DNA of 64,000 bases, from positions 5,355,563 through 5,419,562 of the forward strand of contig OX638329.1 in assembly GCA_951812755.1 (NCBI GenBank), read 5' to 3'. This document shows, one piece after another, positions 1-9,573 of the stretch; the first letter of the stretch is position 1; every line of letters starts with the position of its first letter. The stretch is from an uncultured Latescibacterota bacterium. GTDB taxonomy: Bacteria > Latescibacterota > UBA2968. The position numbers and the translations under genes were made by a program. The notes beneath the pieces are model-generated. The model worked only from the letters and a program-made list of their open reading frames with translations. It did no database searches and was not told where the DNA came from.

Positions 1-146
1 TGTGGTTGCTAACTCTGGGTTTAATACTTTACGTTTGACCGCGCTTTTGTACGGGCGAAAAATCTTTCGCCCCTATCATTTTTCACCCCTGCACGCGGGC
101 ATTGTGAAAAGACTTTGTATTTTGTATTTTGACTCTGCCGATCGTT

Positions 147-174
147 TTTAATTCCTAATTCTTAATTCCTAATT
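147..174. repeat. Two tandem copies of a 14-mer (ttaattcctaattc) about 20 bp upstream of the sulfatase start; possible operator or slippage product
   Basis: Direct tandem duplication read from the sequence immediately upstream of the RBS (aaggag) and ATG at 196. Confidence 0.4.
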
Positions 175-195
175 CTTTTCACAAGGAGTTCCCGA

Positions 196-1764
196 ATGCC
201 AGAGCGACCAAATATTTTGCTGATTATGAACGACGATATGGGCTATTCTGATATTGGATGTTACGGAGGTGAAATCCACACGCCAAATTTAGATCGACTT
301 GCTGCCAATGGGTTGCGACTCACGCAATTTTACAACACGGCGCGGTGCTGCCCCACGCGGGCATCGCTGCTCACGGGATTGCATCCCCATCAAGCCAGTG
401 TGGGACACATGATGGATGACCGGGAATACGAAGGATATCGGGGCGATCTAAACTTCAGGAGCGCAACCATTGCCGAAGTGCTCAAAACTGTGGGATATGC
501 GACCTATATGAGCGGCAAATGGCATATCACGCGGCATACAGATGCGGATGGTCCCAAACACAGTTGGCCCTGTCAGCGCGGATTTGATCGCTTTTTTGGC
601 ATCATTACCGGTGCCGCCAATTTTTGGAAGCCGCAAACACTCACGCGGGACAACGAGCAAATTACAGTGGATGAATTTCCAGAGGATTTCTTTTTGACCG
701 ACGCCATCAGCGATCAGGCAGCGGATTATATCCGCGAACACGCGCAGGCAAATGGAGATCAGCCATTCTTTTTATACACCGCATATACCGCACCCCATTG
801 GCCCTTGCACGCGCATGATGAAGATATTGTAAAATACAAAGATCGTTTTGCCGCGGGATGGGATCAACTGCGCGAAGAGCGTTTGGCCCGCATGCGCGAA
901 ATGGGCATATTGAAACCCGAATGGGGATTGAGCGACCGCGATCCCTCTCAAGTGCCCTGGGAAGAAGCCGATCACAAGGCGTGGCAGCAGCGGCGCATGG
1001 AAGTTTATGCCGCGCAGGTTGACCGCATGGACCAGGGAATTGGGCGCATCGTCCAATCCCTCGAAGAGACCGGGCAACTGGACAACACCCTGATCGTATT
1101 TTTGGCCGACAATGGGGGATGCGCCGAAGAACTGGGAGGCGGCATGCGACGCAGCGCGATTGCCCCGGCCACCACGCGCGATGGTCGCCCAGTCCAACGC
1201 GGCAACGACCCAAACATAATGCCGGGAGACGAAACCACGTATCAAAGCTACGGCGTACCCTGGGCTAACGTATCCAACACCCCATTTCGCCTGTACAAGC
1301 ACTGGGTTCACGAAGGCGGCATTGCAACGCCCTTTATCGTACACTGGCCCGATCGCGTAACAGACGGCGGCGCATTGCGCGAGCAACCCGGCCAGCTCAC
1401 CGATGTCATGGCAACCTGCCTCGATATAGCGGGCGCCGAATATCCCGAGACCTATAATGGACACGAGATTTTACCACTCGAAGGCACGTCGCTGACGCCG
1501 ATCTTTGACAACCGGGACAACGGCAAAGAATATCTAATCTGGGAACACGAAGGCAATGGCGCTGTTCGCAAAGGCAAGTGGAAACTCGTAAAGCGCTACC
1601 CGGGCGATTGGGAACTATACGATATTGAAGCCGACAGATCGGAACTCGACAATCTGGCAAATGAAAATCCCGATGTCGTATCCGAACTCGCGGCAATTTA
1701 CGACGCCTGGGCAGAGCGTTGTGGGATTGAGCCCTGGGATAATATCCTCGCAAAGCGTGGATAA
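196..1764 (+). CDS. Arylsulfatase, Cys-type (formylglycine-dependent sulfatase family)
   Basis: 522 aa. Sulfatase signature C-C-P-T-R-A-S-L-L-T-G near the N-terminus, a GKWH motif and the overall sulfatase architecture. Good SD (aaggag) upstream. Confidence 0.9.
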   Translation: MPERPNILLIMNDDMGYSDIGCYGGEIHTPNLDRLAANGLRLTQFYNTARCCPTRASLLTGLHPHQASVGHMMDDREYEGYRGDLNFRSATIAEVLKTVGYATYMSGKWHITRHTDADGPKHSWPCQRGFDRFFGIITGAANFWKPQTLTRDNEQITVDEFPEDFFLTDAISDQAADYIREHAQANGDQPFFLYTAYTAPHWPLHAHDEDIVKYKDRFAAGWDQLREERLARMREMGILKPEWGLSDRDPSQVPWEEADHKAWQQRRMEVYAAQVDRMDQGIGRIVQSLEETGQLDNTLIVFLADNGGCAEELGGGMRRSAIAPATTRDGRPVQRGNDPNIMPGDETTYQSYGVPWANVSNTPFRLYKHWVHEGGIATPFIVHWPDRVTDGGALREQPGQLTDVMATCLDIAGAEYPETYNGHEILPLEGTSLTPIFDNRDNGKEYLIWEHEGNGAVRKGKWKLVKRYPGDWELYDIEADRSELDNLANENPDVVSELAAIYDAWAERCGIEPWDNILAKRG

Positions 1765-1781
1765 GTAAAAAGGAAAAAACC

Positions 1782-2537
1782 ATGACACCAACAGATATCA
1801 CAGATGAAATGCTGGCAACATACCGGCGCGATGGCGTCATAAAAATCCCGCAAATTATCTCGCCGGATGAAGTGGCGAAATTCCGTCAAGCATCCCTGGA
1901 TATACTCGAAGCCATGCCAAAAGATCCAAACCGGCCATTTAATCAAAAAGTGAATGTGTGGCGAGAAGACGAGATATTGAGAGAATTGACACAGCATCCA
2001 AATGTCGCCGCAGTCGCAGAGAAAATTGCGGGTGTGCGATTGCGGATCTGGCACGATCACATCCTGGCAAAAATGCCAGAGCTCGAAGTGCCGACAGCAT
2101 TCCATCAAGACCTCGTAAAATGGCCATATAGTCGCAATTCCAATGCCCTATCGGCGTGGGTCGCATTGCAGGATACACCCGTAGAAATGGGATGCATGTC
2201 ATTCGTGCAGGGATCGCACGAAATGAAAAATGTACCGGACATGGCGACAAATAACCAGGAGGGATGGCGGGAATTCGCACCAGAAATCGCGTGGCGCACC
2301 CGCGTAACACATCCGCTTCAAGCGGGGGATTGTACATTTCACCACGGCATGACATTTCACACCGCGGGACCAAATAAAACCGATGATTGGCGGGTGGGAT
2401 ACGTGATTATTTTTGTCGATGCAACAGCGAAATACACCGGAAAAAAGCATGTGGTGACAGATCCCCTGAGTATAGCCCCCAACACATTGCCGCCAGATGA
2501 TTATTTTCCACCCGTAGCGCGATTTTATGGAGACTAA
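1782..2537 (+). CDS. Phytanoyl-CoA dioxygenase (PhyH) family Fe(II)/2-oxoglutarate oxygenase
   Basis: 251 aa with an H-x-D...H facial triad (FHQD...HHGMTFH) typical of the PhyH family. It sits between two sulfatase genes. Confidence 0.75.
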   Translation: MTPTDITDEMLATYRRDGVIKIPQIISPDEVAKFRQASLDILEAMPKDPNRPFNQKVNVWREDEILRELTQHPNVAAVAEKIAGVRLRIWHDHILAKMPELEVPTAFHQDLVKWPYSRNSNALSAWVALQDTPVEMGCMSFVQGSHEMKNVPDMATNNQEGWREFAPEIAWRTRVTHPLQAGDCTFHHGMTFHTAGPNKTDDWRVGYVIIFVDATAKYTGKKHVVTDPLSIAPNTLPPDDYFPPVARFYGD

Positions 2538-2540
2538 AAA

Positions 2541-3947
2541 ATGAGCACCCCCAATATAATTTTAATGATGTGTGACGACCTGGGATATGGCGATGTGGGA
2601 TTTAACGGGAATGAAGTGATCAAAACCCCAAATTTGGACCGCTTGGCGAACAATGGGATCCGGTTCACGCGATTTTATGCAGGAGGACCCGTGTGTTCCC
2701 CAACGCGAGGGACGTGTTTGACTGGACGGCATTATTTTCGATATGGCGTAACACATGCCAATCGCGGACACTTGCCCGCACAGGAAATAACACTGGCGCG
2801 AATGTTAAAATCCTTCGGCTATGCGACTGGACACTTTGGCAAATGGCATCTGGGAACACTGGACCCGAATTATTCGGGCAAGGCCAATCGCAATCCAGCG
2901 CGCAACTACGCCCCGCCGTGGGAGCGGGATTACGATGCATCTTTTGCCACGGAGTACGCGGTTCCCACCTGGGATCCGGTAGTAGATATTAACCAGAGAA
3001 CCGGAGAGCGACTGGACCGCCCCTGGGCCTCGCCCTATTACGAAAATGGAAAACTGGCAACGGAAAATCTGGAAGGATGCGACTCCCGGGTATTGATGGA
3101 TCGCGCAATTCCATTTATCGAACAGACTGTTGAAAATGGCGAGCAGTTCCTTACGACAATCTGGTTTCACGCACCGCATAGCCCGGTCGTTGCGGGACCG
3201 GAATATCGGGCAATGTACGCCGAGTACAGCGAGGATGAACAGCACTACTACGGCTGTATTACCGCTATAGACGATCAGGTGGGGCGATTATACCAAACCC
3301 TCGAAACACTGGGCGTAGCCGACAACACCATGATCTGGTTCTGTTCGGATAACGGCCCTGAAGGTCGCACAGGTCAAGACGGCCGCAACCGGGGATCAAC
3401 AGGCGGCTTGCGCGGGCGAAAACGATCTCTATTTGACGGCGGCGTGGGCGTACCCGCGTTATTGCACTGGCCGGGTCATGCAGAACCCGGGCGCACAGTG
3501 AAAATGCCGTGCAGTACACTGGATTACTTCCCGACAATCGCCGAGGTCATGGGATATGAAATGCCCGATGATCGCCCCATTGACGGAATTAGCCTAATAC
3601 CGACGATTGAGGGAAAAATGACAGAACGCCCCGCCCCCATTCCGTATCGGTTCAACAGTCCCAAAAACGCGATGTTTGGCGCCCCGACCATATCAATGAT
3701 CGACAATCGCTATAAATGCTTGACCAACCTATCGCGCGACGGCAGCGAAGATCTGTGTTTTGATATGATTGAAGACCGCGCAGAAACGACCAATTTGGCA
3801 AATGATCAACGAGAACGCATGGGACAAACTCGCGAGACCCTGCGCCAATGGCTCCGCTCCTGCGAAGCCAGCCACAACGGTGGGGATTACGACGAGGCAT
3901 TTGAACCGGTCGCGCCATTTGAAGAAGTCACCGGAGACTGGCGCTAA
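2541..3947 (+). CDS. Sulfatase (Cys-type, second paralog)
   Basis: 468 aa with the C-S-P-T-R-G-T-C-L-T-G signature, GKWH and CSDNGP motifs. Confidence 0.9.
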   Translation: MSTPNIILMMCDDLGYGDVGFNGNEVIKTPNLDRLANNGIRFTRFYAGGPVCSPTRGTCLTGRHYFRYGVTHANRGHLPAQEITLARMLKSFGYATGHFGKWHLGTLDPNYSGKANRNPARNYAPPWERDYDASFATEYAVPTWDPVVDINQRTGERLDRPWASPYYENGKLATENLEGCDSRVLMDRAIPFIEQTVENGEQFLTTIWFHAPHSPVVAGPEYRAMYAEYSEDEQHYYGCITAIDDQVGRLYQTLETLGVADNTMIWFCSDNGPEGRTGQDGRNRGSTGGLRGRKRSLFDGGVGVPALLHWPGHAEPGRTVKMPCSTLDYFPTIAEVMGYEMPDDRPIDGISLIPTIEGKMTERPAPIPYRFNSPKNAMFGAPTISMIDNRYKCLTNLSRDGSEDLCFDMIEDRAETTNLANDQRERMGQTRETLRQWLRSCEASHNGGDYDEAFEPVAPFEEVTGDWR

Positions 3948-3974
3948 AGAGAAAATAGAAATTAGAGGTACCGA

Positions 3975-5213
3975 ATGGCAACTCAATTTGGCGATGAACG
4001 CGATTGGTTTTTGGAAAAACGACTTGGTCTATTCGTCCATTGGGGAATTTACGCAATCCCCGGATGGCAAGAACAGCACCAGTGGCGCGGACGTATGCCC
4101 GCAAATGAATACGTGAAATTAGCCGAGCAATGGAATCCCACAAACTTCAACCCCGACGCGTGGTTAGATCTCGCAGAAGAAGCCGGGATGCAATACATCA
4201 TCGTCACAACCAAACACCACGATGGATTTTGCTTGTGGGACACATCACATACGGCATTCAACACAATGAATACGCCATATGGAAAAGACCTGATGGCAAT
4301 GCTCGCCGATGCCTGTCACAAACGCAACTTCCCCCTGGGCTTTTATTATTCAATTGCCGACTGGCACCACCCCAATTATCCCAATCAGGGACGACATCAC
4401 GAACTGCCCCAACCCAAGCCGGGAGATGATCCCGACTTGATGAAATATCTGGATTTTCTAAAGGCGCAAGTATGGGAATTGTGTACCCATTACGGAAAAT
4501 TGCACGCATTCTGGTGGGATATGAACGTGGATGAACACTTCGACCCATCCGTCAACGCGATGATTCGGTCACTACAACCCGCGGCAGTAATCAACAATCG
4601 GGGATTTGACCCCGGTGATTTTGGCACGCCCGAGCGCGATCATGTGCAAGGCATAGATACCCAACAGTCATTTGATCGGCTGACAGAAGCGTGTCAATCT
4701 GTCGGATTCGAAAGCTGGGGCTATCGGATAGATGAGGATTATTATACAGATCGCCATTTGATACGGAGCATCGATCGATATCTCGCGCGCGACGCAAACT
4801 ATTTGCTCAACGTAGGTCCCAAATCCGACGGCACAATTCCAGACGCATCCAGAGACATTTTGAAGCGCATTGGAAAATGGTATCACGCCATAGAAGAAGC
4901 GGTCAAAGACGTAGAACCGTCGTCGCACCTGACGCGCAATCGCGATATATTATTGACGCGCCGGGACAATGTGATCTACGTACATCTGGTAAACGATCCG
5001 CGAACAAGTGGCGTAAAACTCGACCCAATTGACGCCGCGCCAAAAAGTGCAACCTTACTAAACACAGGTGAACCTGTGGATTTCACCGTAGATCTGGTAC
5101 CGACCAATCACATAGAGCACAAACCCTATTTGCGATTACAGAACTTACCAGTAAATGAACTGGTCAACACGGTAATGGTGGTAAAACTCGAATTTGATGA
5201 AGTAATTGAATAA
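3975..5213 (+). CDS. Alpha-L-fucosidase, glycoside hydrolase family 29
   Basis: 412 aa. HHDGFCLWDT and WWD motifs and overall GH29 organisation. No obvious signal peptide. Confidence 0.85.
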   Translation: MATQFGDERDWFLEKRLGLFVHWGIYAIPGWQEQHQWRGRMPANEYVKLAEQWNPTNFNPDAWLDLAEEAGMQYIIVTTKHHDGFCLWDTSHTAFNTMNTPYGKDLMAMLADACHKRNFPLGFYYSIADWHHPNYPNQGRHHELPQPKPGDDPDLMKYLDFLKAQVWELCTHYGKLHAFWWDMNVDEHFDPSVNAMIRSLQPAAVINNRGFDPGDFGTPERDHVQGIDTQQSFDRLTEACQSVGFESWGYRIDEDYYTDRHLIRSIDRYLARDANYLLNVGPKSDGTIPDASRDILKRIGKWYHAIEEAVKDVEPSSHLTRNRDILLTRRDNVIYVHLVNDPRTSGVKLDPIDAAPKSATLLNTGEPVDFTVDLVPTNHIEHKPYLRLQNLPVNELVNTVMVVKLEFDEVIE

Positions 5214-5283
5214 AGTGCAAGGTGGGATGACTTAGGGTGTATTGTATTGCTGGCGAGCAAGGACTTGATATAACTCAGTACTA

Positions 5284-5394
5284 TTTCAAATAAGTCTCGT
5301 GTCTAAACCCACTGGACTCCGGCTTCCGCCGGAGTGACGAACGACAGTTGTCATTGCGGCAGGGGGTTAGCCGCAATCCAGTCTATCGAAAAAA
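5284..5394 (+). repeat. Repeat family A, copy 1 (about 110 bp, structured, non-coding)
   Basis: About 90% identical to the reverse complement of 20713-20824. Contains two conserved hairpin stems (ctccggc/gccggag and ttgcggc/gccgcaa) whose loops differ between the two copies. Confidence 0.8.
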
Positions 5395-5455
5395 CATATC
5401 AACAAATTTTTTTGACAGACCACTCAGAACTTCCTTGCAACATGTATCAAAACAG

Positions 5456-6505
5456 CTACTCATTCATTGTCTCCAACAGTCGGGCTATTTCCTGCGGTGA
5501 CGGCAACTGTCCTTCGAGTTCTTTTGGCAACTGCCTGCTGACACGGTAGGTTGCCACGCCAATGGGCTTTCGGGCATCGTGCAGAGCGTATTCGACCACG
5601 GTGCGGTTCTTTTCCTTACACAGGATGATACCGATGGATGGACCTTCACTCTCTTCGCGCACCTGTCGGTCGAGAGCAGTCAGGTAAAACTGCATTTTTC
5701 CCACGAACTCCGGTCGAAATTTTCCAACCTTCAGTTCAATTGCCACCAGGCAACGCAGGCGACGGTGGAACAAAAGCAAGTCAATAAAGAACTCCTCACC
5801 ACCTACCTCCAGCCGAAACTGGCTTCCCATGAAGGCAAACATCCCACCCATGGCACGCAGAAAGTCCTCAACACGGGCAATGAGAGCCGTTTCCAGTTCT
5901 CTTTCGCTGTGTTCATCGCCTAATCCGAGGAAGTCAAAAGTATATTCGTCTCGCACCGCCAGTTCAGCCTGTGCGCGGAGTTTTGGCGTCAGGGCCTGAT
6001 CGAAGTTAGTCTGTCCCAACAAGGACTTTTCATAACTCTGGTTCTCAATTTGATGTATAAGAACATTCTTCGTCCAGCCGAACTTGCGGGTCATGCGAAT
6101 ATAAAATTCCCGCTCCAGCGGATCCTTGCAGCGTCCCATTATGATCAAGTTCTTGGCCCAACTGATTTCTCCAACCAGCGGTTGGAGTTTTACATTTTCG
6201 TGGTATTCCAGAAAGAACTGCCGCATATACCACAGGTTCTGGGCAGAGTAACCCTGCATACCGGGAAACTCAGCCTGTAGGTCCGCGGCAAGTTGCTGTA
6301 CCACTGACTTTCCCCAACCTTCAACCTTTTGCCGCTCTGCGATCATCCGACCTATGTCCCAGTACAGACCGACCAATTCCTTATTCACTGCTTTGAGTGC
6401 CGCATATCGGGCAGCACGGACGCGCTCCTTTACTTCCGCAAGAAGACCTGCGTAATCTGGTGGTACATTTTTACTCATTGGCACTCTCCTCAATGTTATC
6501 GACAT
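5456..6505 (-). CDS. YhcG-like PDDEXK nuclease (DUF1016 family)
   Basis: 349 aa. N-terminal helical region and C-terminal PD-(D/E)xK core (…IELKVGKF…) characteristic of the DUF1016/YhcG family. Confidence 0.75.
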   Translation of the reverse strand: MSITLRRVPMSKNVPPDYAGLLAEVKERVRAARYAALKAVNKELVGLYWDIGRMIAERQKVEGWGKSVVQQLAADLQAEFPGMQGYSAQNLWYMRQFFLEYHENVKLQPLVGEISWAKNLIIMGRCKDPLEREFYIRMTRKFGWTKNVLIHQIENQSYEKSLLGQTNFDQALTPKLRAQAELAVRDEYTFDFLGLGDEHSERELETALIARVEDFLRAMGGMFAFMGSQFRLEVGGEEFFIDLLLFHRRLRCLVAIELKVGKFRPEFVGKMQFYLTALDRQVREESEGPSIGIILCKEKNRTVVEYALHDARKPIGVATYRVSRQLPKELEGQLPSPQEIARLLETMNE

Positions 6506-6745
6506 TTAATTTTTCTTGCTGAAACACGCCTACAACTGTTAGATTACTGCTGCCCAAATATCCAATGGTTAACCACAGACTACGATCAAAACAAAATATA
6601 ACATTTTGCGTGAAGAGGATGGCATAAATACAACTTGACGATCACTATATTTTCTTTGAAATGCGAGTCGGTACAATCTCATCGGCGTTTTTTGTACCCA
6701 GAAATATAAAACAATTTTGGAAAATAAAAATTGTGAAAGATCCCA

Positions 6746-6800
6746 AATGGCAACTTGATTTAGAAATGAACGCGATTGGTTTTTGAAAAAAAGCGTGATG
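6746..6800 (+). pseudogene. Remnant 5' end of a second alpha-L-fucosidase gene (about 55 bp, premature stop after 3 codons)
   Basis: atggcaacttgatttagaaatgaacgcgattggtttttgaaaaaaagcg aligns to the first roughly 55 nt of the GH29 gene at 3975 (atggcaactcaatttggcgatgaacgcgattggtttttggaaaaacga), with caa changed to tga. Confidence 0.7.
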
Positions 6801-6809
6801 GAGTGAAAC

Positions 6810-7769
6810 ATGATGACTATTAGATCAATAGTTCTATATAAAGCCTTTGAAAAGGCGAGGAGTTCGGCTAGCGCATCTGTCCAAACTCTCCTGGAACACA
6901 AGCACCTCTACCAGAGTGTTGAGGTGAACATTTCCGTGGACCGTGAAGAGGTCAAAAATTTGGTAGATATGGGTGACGAGTATGCTACTGAGGATCTCCT
7001 ATTTGTCGTTCCGAGAGGTCAGTATGATAAATACATTGATGCCGGATTGGACCACAGCCGCGAGACCTTAGAAGCGGTACCATGGCGTTTTTGGATTGAC
7101 CAGCCGGATCCAGGCGACATCAACTCTGCTTCACTGGAGTACAAATTTCTCGACATTCAGCTTCCCTATATCAAGGTTGCGTGTGATTTCTGCGACGACA
7201 CAGTTCAACCTCACAATCCTGTCCAAGTAAACGGACTGAAAGATGGGGTAGCCGCTGAATTGGGATCCCAGAAACAACTCTTTTTCTTTTCTTATCTGTG
7301 CCAGTCCTGCAAACGTGAAAGTGTGATTTACGTCGTAAGACGGGAAGGAAAGAGACTGACGATTGTAGGTAGAAGCCGCTTCGAATCTGTACCTATACCA
7401 AAAGCGATGAAGAAACTACCGGAGGCCCGACGATTCTATCGGAATGCGATAATCGCTTTCAACACTGGAAGAACCTTAGCATCACTGTTTTACCTGAGGA
7501 CCCTGATAGAGCAGTACTTCCGACGTGTTATCGCAGTGGATAATGACGAGAGAATTAGTGGAGAGGATCTTGCGAAGAGCTATCGGAAGCTACTGGATAA
7601 AGAATTCCCCATGAAATTTGACACTCTGGGAAACACCTACGACTCCTTGAGCGATGCCTTGCACGCAGCATGTGATGATGAGGAACTATACACCAGCGCA
7701 AGGGCCAACATCGAAAAACATTTTGAAGCCCTTGCTCGTCTCCCCATTTCACAGGCGGCTGGAGCGTGA
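6810..7769 (+). CDS. Hypothetical protein with a two-CxxC zinc-ribbon motif (CDFCDD … CQSCKRE) and a helical C-terminal region; possibly DUF4145-like
   Basis: 319-aa ORF preceded by an AT-rich intergenic region. Cys pairs are spaced as in zinc ribbons. Family assignment is tentative. Confidence 0.45.
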   Translation: MMTIRSIVLYKAFEKARSSASASVQTLLEHKHLYQSVEVNISVDREEVKNLVDMGDEYATEDLLFVVPRGQYDKYIDAGLDHSRETLEAVPWRFWIDQPDPGDINSASLEYKFLDIQLPYIKVACDFCDDTVQPHNPVQVNGLKDGVAAELGSQKQLFFFSYLCQSCKRESVIYVVRREGKRLTIVGRSRFESVPIPKAMKKLPEARRFYRNAIIAFNTGRTLASLFYLRTLIEQYFRRVIAVDNDERISGEDLAKSYRKLLDKEFPMKFDTLGNTYDSLSDALHAACDDEELYTSARANIEKHFEALARLPISQAAGA

Positions 7770-7798
7770 GTAGATGTCTGATACCTTCGGAGAAAATC

Positions 7799-8524
7799 AT
7801 GTTTGGAGAAATCCGAAATAAAAACGGCGAAAAACTGGATTATGCTTTTCACTGTGGAAATGCCGAAAGCAAACACATCGTCGTCCTGGGCCACGGCGTA
7901 ACCGGCAATAAAGACAGGCCATTTTTGGTCGCGCTATCACAGGCATTGGAAGCCGAAGGAATCAACGTCCTGCGATTTTCTTTCGCAGGTAATGGAGATT
8001 CAGAAGGTCGGTTTGAGGATGCTACAATAACAAAAGAAGTAGATGATCTGGGTTCAGTCCTGGATGCCATAAACGGATATACAATCTGTTATGCCGGACA
8101 CAGCATGGGAGGTGCCGTAGGCGTATTGCGGGCGAGCACAGATGCGCGCATTCAGCATCTCATCTCTCTGGCAGGCATGGTAGATACAAAGGGATTTGCA
8201 CAGCGCGAATTTGGAGATGTCACCCCCGACAAAGGCAACATGTGGGATGACCCGGATTGCCCGCTATCCAGCGCGTATATGGACGACTTAACGGCCATTG
8301 ACACCGTCGTAGATCGCGCATCTCAAATCTCGGTCCCCTATTTGCTCGTACACGGCACAGAGGACGATGTAGTACCCATTGAAGACTCCCAGGCAATATT
8401 CGAGCAAGCCAACGGACCAAAAGAACTGGTCGTCCTGAACGGGGCAGATCACGTATTCAGCGATGACGCAACACCCGCCATGATACAGGCCGTTATAGAT
8501 TGGATTGCAAAACAGGAAAGCTAA
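7799..8524 (+). CDS. Alpha/beta-fold hydrolase (esterase/lipase-like)
   Basis: G-H-S-M-G-G nucleophile elbow and a C-terminal HGxxD motif. Start placed at the ATG with the GGAG SD; the track ORF begins at 7766. Confidence 0.75.
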   Translation: MFGEIRNKNGEKLDYAFHCGNAESKHIVVLGHGVTGNKDRPFLVALSQALEAEGINVLRFSFAGNGDSEGRFEDATITKEVDDLGSVLDAINGYTICYAGHSMGGAVGVLRASTDARIQHLISLAGMVDTKGFAQREFGDVTPDKGNMWDDPDCPLSSAYMDDLTAIDTVVDRASQISVPYLLVHGTEDDVVPIEDSQAIFEQANGPKELVVLNGADHVFSDDATPAMIQAVIDWIAKQES

Positions 8525-9561
8525 TGCCTCCAAAAACATACCGAGCCGCGGTAATTGGTCTGGGAATGATCGGCGGAGCTGATCAAGTCTCAGGAGATAT
8601 ATTGGGTCAGCGCGTGGACAGTATGGATGGCACGCATACTTTTGCGTATCAGAACCATCCGCGTATCGACCTCGTAGCCGGTGCAAGCCGCGACCAGGGG
8701 CGGCGCGAGCGCTATGAAGCGCGCACGGGTGCTGTAACTTATGAGAGTTGGCGTGAAATGATCGCCAACAAAACACTCGATATTATCAGCATAGCGACCT
8801 ACACCCCTACCCACGCGGAAATTGCCATAGCCTGTGCCGAGCACGGAATTCCCGTCATCTATTGCGAAAAACCCGCGGCAACCACGGTTATAGATGCCCA
8901 GCGCATGCTCGAAGCGCAAAAACACGGGTTATTGGTCTTTAACCACCAGCGAAGATTTGATCCCAATTACCACCGGCTTAGCGCACTAATTGCCGAAGGA
9001 AAACTCGGCACACTTATTTCCGCCTCTCTCCAATGGCCGACGGGACGATTGGGCAATGTGGGAACCCATGCAATCGACGCGCTCTTAATGCTCACCGGGC
9101 ATCGCGTTCAATCGGTCTCTGCAACCCTTGACCTGGCGGGAAAGCCAGATTGCCGCGGCGAGGCATTTCACGATCCCGGGGGATGGGGCGTCATGCGTAT
9201 GGACGGAGGACTAATGGTCACAGTGAGCGCACCCGATTATTCCACAGCACCGCCGCGCACGGAAATTAACGGACATAAGGGACGGGCAATTATTGAGGCA
9301 AAAGGCATCACACTCGAATACTGGACAGGAGAAACAGAACAGTGGCCACCTCATAAGGATAGCGTTTCAGGGATGGACCGCGCCGTATCGGAAATCGTCG
9401 CCTATCTCGATGATCGCGTCCCATTCTCTTATAACCCCGAAGAAGCCGTTCATACACTCGAAGCCATTGTCGCTTTCCACGCCTCTCACAAACAAAACGC
9501 AGCCTATATTGACCTACCCCTGTCAGGAAGCGACCGCGAGATTGTCGTACTAAGCGGATAA
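8524..9561 (+). CDS. Gfo/Idh/MocA family NAD(P)-dependent oxidoreductase
   Basis: N-terminal Rossmann motif AAVIGLGMIGG, an EKP motif and the C-terminal alpha/beta domain. The track ORF begins at 8500. Confidence 0.8.
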   Translation: MPPKTYRAAVIGLGMIGGADQVSGDILGQRVDSMDGTHTFAYQNHPRIDLVAGASRDQGRRERYEARTGAVTYESWREMIANKTLDIISIATYTPTHAEIAIACAEHGIPVIYCEKPAATTVIDAQRMLEAQKHGLLVFNHQRRFDPNYHRLSALIAEGKLGTLISASLQWPTGRLGNVGTHAIDALLMLTGHRVQSVSATLDLAGKPDCRGEAFHDPGGWGVMRMDGGLMVTVSAPDYSTAPPRTEINGHKGRAIIEAKGITLEYWTGETEQWPPHKDSVSGMDRAVSEIVAYLDDRVPFSYNPEEAVHTLEAIVAFHASHKQNAAYIDLPLSGSDREIVVLSG

Positions 9562-9573
9562 TGAAAGGAATAT

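Noticed and set aside
8288-8776. 162-aa - strand ORF
   Set aside because: Antisense to the alpha/beta hydrolase and Gfo/Idh/MocA genes, with a Cys/Arg/His-rich shadow composition.
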